From positions 1,118 to 42,585 of the forward strand of contig JAJPZD010000183.1 in the NCBI GenBank assembly GCA_021204605.1: a DNA stretch of 41,468 nt. Direction: 5' to 3'. Position 1 is the stretch's first letter. Every line of letters begins with the position of its first letter. Below are positions 10,888 to 18,613 of the stretch, piece by piece. A program made the translations under genes and the position numbers. The stretch comes from Prevotella sp. Its GTDB lineage: Bacteria > Bacteroidota > Bacteroidia > Bacteroidales > Bacteroidaceae. The notes beneath the pieces are model-generated. The model did not search any database. It saw only the letters and a program-made list of their open reading frames with translations, and had not been told where the DNA came from.

Positions 10888-11415
10888 ATGATTATTATGA
10901 CAAAGGAAAAAATTTTCAGGTATTGGTTTGTTTTGGTGGTTCTCGCTATCGGTTTCACTACCATGTCATGCAGCGATGATGACGAGGATAACAATCAAAT
11001 AAATTGGAGTAGCTTAGAGGGCAGTTATACAGGAACGCTTACGATGAGTATGCAGTATGCCAATTTGTCTTTTGATGCCCAGACTATCGTTTTGTCGAAA
11101 GACGGCAAAAATACAGCAAAACTGTCATACACAGGAGATTGTGGAAATTTCGAGTTAACCTCGATAGCAGTAACAGAAAACAGCAACGGAAGCTACACAA
11201 TATACGGTAGCGGCTTGTTCAATATGCAGATGTCGGCAGATTATTTGGAAAAATTCGGAATGTCGAGCAATGGGATATCGACAGGCACTCCGGCCGATTA
11301 CGCCTGCACGGTGAGCGGCACGATAAACAGCAAGACTGACTTTAACATAGTATTGACCTTGCCATCGGTTATGGGCGGTACGACGCTGACCCTCACACCA
11401 GCCTCACAAGAATAA
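10888..11415 (+). CDS. Surface lipoprotein, calycin-like beta-barrel domain
   Basis: Lipobox TTMS-C followed by acidic SDDDED (export-signal-like). GSYTG strand start, beta-rich, ends PSVMGGTTLTL. True start may be 10897. Confidence 0.6.
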   Translation: MIIMTKEKIFRYWFVLVVLAIGFTTMSCSDDDEDNNQINWSSLEGSYTGTLTMSMQYANLSFDAQTIVLSKDGKNTAKLSYTGDCGNFELTSIAVTENSNGSYTIYGSGLFNMQMSADYLEKFGMSSNGISTGTPADYACTVSGTINSKTDFNIVLTLPSVMGGTTLTLTPASQE

Positions 11416-11424
11416 TATATTGTC

Positions 11425-12078
11425 ATGTCGGGAGCTTTGGTCAAGGCAACAATGATAATCAGCATGATAGGAATGGTAAGCACCCTCCTATCATGCGATT
11501 CTATTTATGACGATATGTCAGAAATGCCGGCAAGCGGACAGACCGGCAACTCATACGCATACATCGATGCTACCGACTATACCAAATGGGTTTATATAAA
11601 CTTGGACAACGGTGAGGTCACCACTCTTGACTACAAAGACTCACTAAATATTCCTGAAGAGTGGACTTTCGCACTGCACCGCTACGACTGCAAGACCAAT
11701 GGGGGCTCTGTGATGGAGACAACATATACCTCGCTCGATGATCTACAGACAGCGATTCATGGAGGTGTGTTCACTGAGCCTGAGGAAACAGAAATGGTGA
11801 GTGACACACGAGGGCAGATTATCATTGATATGTCGCACATGCTTGACCTATATATTATATATGATGATGACTCTCTGAATACAGAGATGACCAAGTGGCT
11901 TGACGTGAACATCTCCTATATGCCGCCGATATACACGCCATCCAACAAGGTCTATCTGTTGCGCCTTAACGACGGGAGATACGTGGCGGTGCGTTTCACG
12001 GGTTTCTCCAATCCATATTACTACGACACAAAGGGATATATCTCGTTTGACTATCTGTATCCTGTGGAATTTCAATAA
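11425..12078 (+). CDS. hmuY: HmuY-family heme-binding lipoprotein
   Basis: Lipobox LLS-C, IDATDYTKWVYINL, WTFALHRYDCKTNGG, MPPIYTPSNKVYLLRLNDGRY, GYISFDY. Confidence 0.88.
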   Translation: MSGALVKATMIISMIGMVSTLLSCDSIYDDMSEMPASGQTGNSYAYIDATDYTKWVYINLDNGEVTTLDYKDSLNIPEEWTFALHRYDCKTNGGSVMETTYTSLDDLQTAIHGGVFTEPEETEMVSDTRGQIIIDMSHMLDLYIIYDDDSLNTEMTKWLDVNISYMPPIYTPSNKVYLLRLNDGRYVAVRFTGFSNPYYYDTKGYISFDYLYPVEFQ

Positions 12079-14261
12079 TGAGAAGACTATCAGCCGTTAT
12101 TCTTAGCGCAATATTTTCAGCAGTCATCACCCCTATCACGGTGTTGGGAGGGGAGTATTGCGTGTGCGGTCAGGTGGTGACGAATGATGGTAAACCGTTG
12201 CCCTACGCTTACGTGAGCGTGGATGGGAAGTCTTACGCCACCCAAGCCGACAAGGACGGACGGTTCTCACTGCAGCTCCCAGAAGGATGTTATTCCATCA
12301 CGGCTCACCTGCTTGGATATAAGCCGGACGTGAAAGTTGTTAACCAGAGCAACGCCACGGGGCTGTCGTTCACCCTTGACGAGGACCTTATCAACCTGAA
12401 CACGGTAACCGTGACGGGCACACGCACGCCTCGTCTGCTTGTCAAGGCTCCGGTAGTAACACAGATAATCACCCGTGACGAGATACTGAAAACAGATGCC
12501 ACAAACCTTAAAGACGTGCTGACAGAGGAAATACCGGGACTAGAATTCACATTTTCCATGGACCAACAGGTGTCGCTGACCATGTCGGGATTAGGTGGTC
12601 TGTCAATACTTATCTTGGTTGATGGGGAGCGTCTTGCGGGCGAGACATTGGACAATGCCGACTATCTGCGCCTGAACACCGACGACATAGAACGCATAGA
12701 AATCATCAAAGGGGCAGCCTCCGCCCTGTACGGCTCAAATTCTGTAGGAGCAGTGATGAACATCATCACAAGGCGACCTAAGGAGGCTTGGTCAACCAAT
12801 GTGAACACACATTTCGGCACGCACGGAGAGCAGCGACATGGCGGCTCAGTGGGCTTCAAGACGGGACAGTTCACCTCGCTTACCAACGTCCAGACCAACA
12901 GCATAGACACCTACGACATCAAGGACCGGGAGGGCGATGGGCGCACCACCGTTTACGGCAACCGCCAGTGGAACTTCAAGGAGAGGCTCTCCTACCAGAT
13001 TGACAGTAAGAACCTGCTGACGGGCCATGCCGGATATTATTTCCATGAGCGCAACTATTCCGAATACAAGAACAACCGCGCGCGCGACTTCATGGGTGGG
13101 CTGCAGTGGCAGGGCACATTGGGAACCAGCGACAGGCTCAACGTGTCGTACACCTTCGACCGTTACGACAAGAGCGAATACTACACGAGAATAAGGAAAG
13201 ACTTTATAGACTACAAGAACGTGCAGAACTCCCTGCGGGTGCTATATACCCATGATTTCAGTTGCGGTGTGACATGGATAGCAGGCGGTGATGCCATGAG
13301 CGACTACCTGATGTCCTACCAGTTTGACGACAACGGCAGCCACAGTGAATATACCGCCGATGTATTCACGCAGGCAGAGTGGAAAATCAACGAGCACTGG
13401 AATCTCGTGGGCGGGCTACGCGCCGACTGGCTGTCTAAGAGCTCCTGGAATGTCAGTCCGAAGATCGCCGCGATGTACAGCGTTGGCAACCTCAACGTGC
13501 GTGCTTCCTACTCAAGAGGCTTCCGTGCGCCGACGCTGAAAGAGAAATACATGAATTTCGATATGGGGAGCATATTCATGATATACGGCAACTCAAGCCT
13601 GACGGCAGAGCACAGCCACAGTTTCGCACTGTCGGGGGAATATGCCTACAAGCGTTACAGTATCACGGCGACGGGATATTTCAACATCATGGGCAACGAG
13701 ATAACAACCCTTTGGGATTCATCGCTCGTTACAAGTATCAGCAACGGCTCAATGGTGTATCAGAATATCAAGGGCCGCGACCTCGTAGGGGCGGATGTCA
13801 CCCTGATGGGACGCTATCCCTGCGGCATAGGGGCTAAAGTGTCGTATGCCTATTTTCACGAAATAGCCCGCGGTGGAAATCTGAAATATTCCGATACCCG
13901 TCCTCATTCACTGACAGTGAAGATCGACTACCGCAAGACTCTGCGCGACTATGAGTTTGACGTGATTTTCTCGGGGAGGGTGCTGTCGAGCGTGAATTAT
14001 TATACCTACGCAAGTGATTACAGCAGCCGTGACGTTCTGACATCATCACCGGCGTACTCGATATGGAAATTGGCTTTGTCCCAGCGAATACGCCGTGCGT
14101 TCAACCTGCTCCTGTCGGTTGACAACTTGTTCAATTACCGCTCTAAAGTGTTTCAGTACAACTCTCCAGTTACCACAGGAACTACTTTCAGTGGAACACT
14201 GTCGATAGATATAGAACAACTGTTCAAGCGGAGCGATGCCTACGGCAAAAATAAAAAATAA
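12078..14261 (+). CDS. TonB-dependent outer-membrane receptor, HmuR-like
   Basis: Signal peptide, N-terminal extension domain, VTVTGTRT, plug RIEIIKGAASALYGS..GAVMNIITR, GFRAP motif. Coupled to hmuY by a TAATG overlap. Confidence 0.88.
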   Translation: MRRLSAVILSAIFSAVITPITVLGGEYCVCGQVVTNDGKPLPYAYVSVDGKSYATQADKDGRFSLQLPEGCYSITAHLLGYKPDVKVVNQSNATGLSFTLDEDLINLNTVTVTGTRTPRLLVKAPVVTQIITRDEILKTDATNLKDVLTEEIPGLEFTFSMDQQVSLTMSGLGGLSILILVDGERLAGETLDNADYLRLNTDDIERIEIIKGAASALYGSNSVGAVMNIITRRPKEAWSTNVNTHFGTHGEQRHGGSVGFKTGQFTSLTNVQTNSIDTYDIKDREGDGRTTVYGNRQWNFKERLSYQIDSKNLLTGHAGYYFHERNYSEYKNNRARDFMGGLQWQGTLGTSDRLNVSYTFDRYDKSEYYTRIRKDFIDYKNVQNSLRVLYTHDFSCGVTWIAGGDAMSDYLMSYQFDDNGSHSEYTADVFTQAEWKINEHWNLVGGLRADWLSKSSWNVSPKIAAMYSVGNLNVRASYSRGFRAPTLKEKYMNFDMGSIFMIYGNSSLTAEHSHSFALSGEYAYKRYSITATGYFNIMGNEITTLWDSSLVTSISNGSMVYQNIKGRDLVGADVTLMGRYPCGIGAKVSYAYFHEIARGGNLKYSDTRPHSLTVKIDYRKTLRDYEFDVIFSGRVLSSVNYYTYASDYSSRDVLTSSPAYSIWKLALSQRIRRAFNLLLSVDNLFNYRSKVFQYNSPVTTGTTFSGTLSIDIEQLFKRSDAYGKNKK

Positions 14262-14307
14262 AATTCGATGCGGGTGTAATCAAATGAAAAATGAAAAATT
14301 TTGTGGT

Positions 14308-14385
14308 TAAGCGAGTGCAATTGCAATGTCAAACATGTTTGAACATTGCCGAGCGTGAGCAAAATCAGCGAAACTAATGAAGATT
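14308..14385. repeat. Structured intergenic repeat copy 1 (TAAGCGAG-hairpin-GAGCGTGA)
   Basis: Near-perfect palindrome GCAATGTCAAACATGTTTGAACATTGC (14323-14349). Flanks shared with 31913-31972. Confidence 0.55.
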
Positions 14386-14400
14386 GGGGCTTAGTGGATT

Positions 14401-14691
14401 TTAGAAGAATTTGATGTGATATATCACCTTGCTTCCCACTTCTTTATTGAGGTTTTCAACGATACGTTCCCGCATCATGCATAGGTTGGCACGGAGTGCG
14501 GGGTTGAAGATTTTGACGAAGAGTGTCTGGTTTTTGATGAACTTGTCGCCAGTATAGCTATTTATGGTGTTTCCCATGACCTTAGCCCATGAATCGATAA
14601 CACGCCGGTGCAGCAAAGGGGTCTCCAAGCCGTTCTCACGGAGACATTCCTGAAGAACCTGCGACAGTGGCAACGTTTCACGCCTTTTCAT
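14401..14691 (-). CDS. DUF721 / DciA-family protein
   Basis: 96 aa, W..VMG..I..YT...FIKNQTLFVKI.NPALRANL pattern. Directly downstream of recF with an ATGA overlap. Confidence 0.8.
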   Translation of the reverse strand: MKRRETLPLSQVLQECLRENGLETPLLHRRVIDSWAKVMGNTINSYTGDKFIKNQTLFVKIFNPALRANLCMMRERIVENLNKEVGSKVIYHIKFF

Positions 14692-15800
14692 ACCATTGCC
14701 TCCTTCTCAATAATGTTGCCGCCCTCAACGGAGAAAATCTTATAGTCGGATACGCTGTCCTGCAAAATCCTGTCGAGGTTATCGCGGTTGGTGTCGGTGA
14801 GGAAGATCTGGCCAAAATCATCACTCGCCACGATGTGCACGATCTGTTCCACACGTGTGGCATCGAGTTTGTCGAAGATGTCATCGAGGAGCAAAATGGG
14901 CGGTGTCTTGGAGCAGGTGAGTTTCAGAAAGTCAAACTGTGCGAGTTTGAGTGCGATGGCGAAAGTCTTGTTCTGTCCCTGACTGCCCTCCCGCCTAACG
15001 GGATAATCATCGATAAGCATCTCAAGATCATCGCGGTGTATGCCATGCAGGGAATAACCCACGGCACGGTCTTTGAGTCGGTCCCGGCGTATGATGTCGA
15101 GCAACGGTCCGCGCTGGCAGTGTGATATATACCGCAGCGACACATGCTCCTTCTCACGTGAAATGCTGGTATAATATTTCTGGAACAGAGGGATGAGCTG
15201 CGTGATGAAGGCCTCCCGTTTGGAAAATACCATCTCGCCATACTCCGCCATTTGCTCCTCCAAGATACTGATTAGCTGGTCGTCGGGCATTTCCTCCGCT
15301 TTCAGCATGGCGTTGCGCTGCAACAGTGCCTTGTTGTAGTTGGTCAGGGCATCGATATACATATTGTCATATTGCGATATGACAACATCCAGCAGCCTGC
15401 GTCGCTCCTCGCTGCCTCCCTCAATGAGTATGGTGTCAGACGGTGAGACGAGGATAAGAGGGATCAGGCCGATATGCTGCGACAGCCTTTTATACTCTTT
15501 ATTGTCGCGCTTGAAATGCTTCTTCGCTCCGCGCTTCATACCGCAGAACACATTCACTGGCTCGCCTCTCTCATTGAGATAATCGCCCTCAAGCATGAAA
15601 AAATCCTCGTCGTGCCGGATGACATGGGAATCGAGGGTTGTGTATGCGCTGCGGCAAAAGGAAAGATAATAAACGGCATCGAGGAAATTAGTCTTTCCCT
15701 CCCCATTCAGGCCGATAAGACAATTGATTTTTGGCGAAAGACAGATGTTGACGTCTTGCAGGTTCTTGTAATTTACTATGTTAATTCTGTTTATGAACAT
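14688..15800 (-). CDS. recF: DNA replication and repair protein RecF
   Basis: Walker A GLNGEGKTN, GSQGQ signature, Walker B LLLDDIFDKLD. Confidence 0.96.
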   Translation of the reverse strand: MFINRINIVNYKNLQDVNICLSPKINCLIGLNGEGKTNFLDAVYYLSFCRSAYTTLDSHVIRHDEDFFMLEGDYLNERGEPVNVFCGMKRGAKKHFKRDNKEYKRLSQHIGLIPLILVSPSDTILIEGGSEERRRLLDVVISQYDNMYIDALTNYNKALLQRNAMLKAEEMPDDQLISILEEQMAEYGEMVFSKREAFITQLIPLFQKYYTSISREKEHVSLRYISHCQRGPLLDIIRRDRLKDRAVGYSLHGIHRDDLEMLIDDYPVRREGSQGQNKTFAIALKLAQFDFLKLTCSKTPPILLLDDIFDKLDATRVEQIVHIVASDDFGQIFLTDTNRDNLDRILQDSVSDYKIFSVEGGNIIEKEAMV

Positions 15801-15825
15801 CTTTTTCCGCCGTGCTTCTTTAATG

Positions 15826-15904
15826 CAAAGTTACTTGTTTTGGCAGTTAAAACAAAAAAAGTCAACAATAAATTTCACTATCTGATATAAAATAAGTAAT
15901 TTTG
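15826..15904. promoter_or_regulatory. Divergent promoters for recF (- strand) and TPR-ribH (+ strand)
   Basis: TAACTTTG on the - strand (15826-15833) with TTTG 19 nt upstream. TAATTTTG on the + strand (15897-15904). Confidence 0.6.
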
Positions 15905-15943
15905 CCGCACTTTATAAACTATCTAAGCATAAAAAACAGATAA

Positions 15944-16639
15944 ATGGCAAAACATAATGAAAAGAAGGACACGATGAGCGATGCCCTGAGCAAGAAAGAA
16001 GCGGTCTTGGTAAAGAACAAGAATACCATCATCATAGCTGTCGTCGTGATAATACTCGTGATTGCGGGTGTAATACTCTACAAGAATTACGTTTCAGTGC
16101 CAAGGGAGCAGGAGGCAAGCACCGCCTTGGCAAAGGGCCAGGACTATTTCGCCGCACAGCAATATGAGTTGGCACTTAAAGGTGACAGCATAGGCTACAA
16201 GGGCTTCTTAGGCATCATATCTGATTATGGCAGCACGAAAGCGGGTAATCTTGCCAATCTCTATGCCGGTATCTGCTATGCCAACCTTGACAAATGGGAG
16301 GATGCAGTGAAATATCTTGATAAATTCTCAACATCAGGCGACCAGATGATCAGTCCTGCAGCAGTGGCTGCATTGGGCAACGCCTACGCCCACGTAAAGC
16401 AATATGACAAGGCTGTGGAGAAGTTGAAGAAAGCGGCAAAGATGGCGGACAGCAAAGCCGATGAAGGTGTCAACAACAGTCTTTCACCTGTATTCCTGCT
16501 TCAGGCAGGTGAAATCCTTGAGAGCCAGAACAAGAAAGACGAGGCTTTGAAGATTTACCAAGACATCAAGTCAAAATATGTCAATTCACGTATCTACAAC
16601 GAGATTGACAAGTATATCGAACGCGTATCCGTGAAATAA
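15944..16639 (+). CDS. Membrane-anchored tetratricopeptide-repeat protein (YfgM-like)
   Basis: Single N-terminal TM helix followed by TPR-like helices (ANLYAGICY, AALGNAYA, LLQAGEILE). Confidence 0.8.
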   Translation: MAKHNEKKDTMSDALSKKEAVLVKNKNTIIIAVVVIILVIAGVILYKNYVSVPREQEASTALAKGQDYFAAQQYELALKGDSIGYKGFLGIISDYGSTKAGNLANLYAGICYANLDKWEDAVKYLDKFSTSGDQMISPAAVAALGNAYAHVKQYDKAVEKLKKAAKMADSKADEGVNNSLSPVFLLQAGEILESQNKKDEALKIYQDIKSKYVNSRIYNEIDKYIERVSVK

Positions 16640-17115
16640 TGGCAACAGAGCTGCACAATCTCTCTGATTACGATTCCTCAAAAGTGCCTGATGCTCACGA
16701 TTTGTCATTCGGTATCGCCGTGGCGGAGTGGAATGCTGATATTACGGGTGCGCTGCTGAAGGGTGCTATCAGCACATTGAAAAGATGTGGGGCAAAAGAG
16801 GAGAACATACACGTTACGACCGTTCCAGGCAGTTTTGAACTTATATATGCTGCCCACAGAATGGCAGATTCCAACAAATACAACGCTATCATCATCCTCG
16901 GCAGTGTGATAAGAGGCGAGACACCTCATTTTGACTATATCTGCCAGGGGGTAACATTCGGCATAGCCCGTCTAAACACTATCTGCAATGTTCCGATAAT
17001 CTACGGACTCCTCACCACCAACGACCTGCAGCAGGCAAAGGAACGAAGCGGAGGAAGTCTCGGCAACAAGGGCGATGAGTGTGCTATAGACGCAGTGAAA
17101 ATGGCAAAGATTTAA
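16639..17115 (+). CDS. ribH: 6,7-dimethyl-8-ribityllumazine synthase
   Basis: AEWN, VPGSFEL, LGSVIRGETPHFDYIC, GNKG. Confidence 0.96.
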   Translation: MATELHNLSDYDSSKVPDAHDLSFGIAVAEWNADITGALLKGAISTLKRCGAKEENIHVTTVPGSFELIYAAHRMADSNKYNAIIILGSVIRGETPHFDYICQGVTFGIARLNTICNVPIIYGLLTTNDLQQAKERSGGSLGNKGDECAIDAVKMAKI

Positions 17116-17134
17116 AAAATCTTTGCCATTTTCA
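17096..17134. repeat. Perfect 18-bp inverted repeat across the ribH and xth stop codons, possible bidirectional terminator
   Basis: TGAAAATGGCAAAGATTT-AAA-AAATCTTTGCCATTTTCA. Confidence 0.85.
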
Positions 17135-17882
17135 ATTCCACAGGACAGTGGTCAGAGCCGAAAATTTCGTTATGGATGGAGGCTGACTGCATTTCAGTGA
17201 CAATGCGGTTTGATACCACGAAATAGTCGATACGCCAACCGGCGTTCTTCTCTCGTGCACGGAAGCGGTATGACCACCAGGAATAGACACCTTCCAAATC
17301 GGGATAGAAGTGGCGGAAAGTGTCGGTAAATCCACTGTCAAGCAACTGCGTGAACTTGGCACGCTCCTCATCTGTAAAACCGGCGTTCTTACGGTTTGTC
17401 TTGGGATTTTTAAGGTCAATCTCGTTGTGGGCGACATTCATATCACCACATACTATTATCGGCTTAACGGCATCCAATTTCTTTATGTATGCCAAAAAGT
17501 CGTCCTCCCATTTCATCCTGTAATCCAAACGCCTCAATCCGTCCTGTGAGTTCGGCGTATATACATTGATAAGGTAGAAGCCGGGCAGTTCCAGTGTTAT
17601 CACACGCCCCTCATGGTCGTGCTCTTCAATGCCTATACCATACGTTACATTCAGTGGCTCATGCTTGGTGAATATCGCCGTACCGGAATATCCTTTTTTC
17701 TCCGCATAGTTCCAATACGACTTATACCCCTCAAATTCAAGGTCAAGCTGCCCCTCCTGCATTTTCGTTTCCTGAAGACAGAAAAAGTCAGCGTCCAACG
17801 CCCTGAAAGTATCACTGAATCCCTTGCCCTCGCAAGCCCTCAGTCCGTTTACGTTCCAAGAAATAAATTTCATCCTTTTCAT
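17112..17882 (-). CDS. xth: Exodeoxyribonuclease III / AP endonuclease
   Basis: SWNVNG, CLQETK, GYSG, EGR, YTPN, GDMNVAH, WWSYR, GWRIDY, SDHCP. Start at 17882 (TGATG coupling) or 17873. Confidence 0.95.
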   Translation of the reverse strand: MKRMKFISWNVNGLRACEGKGFSDTFRALDADFFCLQETKMQEGQLDLEFEGYKSYWNYAEKKGYSGTAIFTKHEPLNVTYGIGIEEHDHEGRVITLELPGFYLINVYTPNSQDGLRRLDYRMKWEDDFLAYIKKLDAVKPIIVCGDMNVAHNEIDLKNPKTNRKNAGFTDEERAKFTQLLDSGFTDTFRHFYPDLEGVYSWWSYRFRAREKNAGWRIDYFVVSNRIVTEMQSASIHNEIFGSDHCPVELKMAKIF

Positions 17883-18226
17883 CAAAGCAATTTTTTCTTG
17901 TGGTTTTGAAATTCCTCTTCGGTGATAACACCTTTTTCTTTGAGTTGGTACAGCTTTTCAATCTCGTCGGCAGTATTGGAATGATTAGGCTGGTCATAAT
18001 TCTCATAGCAATAATAACCAGGATTGTATTTTGCATCAAATTTCTCGTCGCTCCAAAACAAGTATTGGAAAAACTCAATAAAAGCGAGGATACATGGAAT
18101 ACCTGTCCAGGAGAACACAAGATACCAAAGTCCCATACTTGTCCTGCCTAAATAGAATTTGTGGATGCCTAAGCCACCGAAGAAAAAAGCGAGTAAGGCT
18201 GCCGCAATTTTGCTTTTCCGTCTCAT
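17882..18226 (-). CDS. TM2/NINE-domain membrane protein with C-terminal SHOCT domain
   Basis: KSKIAAALLAFFFGGLGIHKFYLG (TM2) and ADEIEKLYQLKEKGVITEEEFQNHKKKLL (SHOCT). Own -7 box TATATTTG at 18258-18265. Confidence 0.85.
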   Translation of the reverse strand: MRRKSKIAAALLAFFFGGLGIHKFYLGRTSMGLWYLVFSWTGIPCILAFIEFFQYLFWSDEKFDAKYNPGYYCYENYDQPNHSNTADEIEKLYQLKEKGVITEEEFQNHKKKLL

Positions 18227-18285
18227 ATTTTTATATATGTGTTTTACATTTCCAATGCAAATATAGCATTAATTTGTGAAACAAC

Positions 18286-18310
18286 AAAAAAGTCCGACAT
18301 AAGCCAGACT
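18286..18310 (-). terminator. Intrinsic terminator of tRNA-Asn
   Basis: On the - strand, AGUCUGGC-UUAU-GUCGGACU (two G-U pairs) followed by a U run. Confidence 0.75.
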
Positions 18311-18315
18311 TTTTG

Positions 18316-18389
18316 CGCTTCAAGATGGACTTGAACCAACGACCCCCTGATTAACAGTCAGGTGCTCTAACCAACTGAGCTATTGAAGC
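18316..18389 (-). tRNA. tRNA-Asn (GTT), CCA not encoded
   Basis: GCTTCAA/TTGAAGC acceptor stem, D arm GCTC..GAGC, anticodon arm CCTGA-CTGTTAA-TCAGG, TTCAAGT T loop. Promoter TACCTTTG at 18417-18424 with TTTG 20 nt upstream. Confidence 0.96.
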
Positions 18390-18613
18390 AATAAAATGCA
18401 ATATTGAATTGCGTGGCAAAGGTAATATGATTTTGCGAAACCGCCAAACTTTTTACCTAAAAAAATGAATTTTCGGATAAAATACGATAATTTCTTTGTT
18501 TAGTGTAATGAAATAAACACGAAACGAGTAACTTTGCAACTGCAAATTCATGTTATCTGACAAGCAAGAGACACTTGTAAGAAAAGCGGCATGGAAGCAA
18601 GAAGAAACACCGT

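Noticed and set aside
18324-18340. T-T mismatch in the tRNA-Asn T stem (GTTGG/CCATC) suggesting a pseudo-tRNA
   Set aside because: All other arms, the promoter and the terminator are intact, and single mismatches occur in functional tRNAs.
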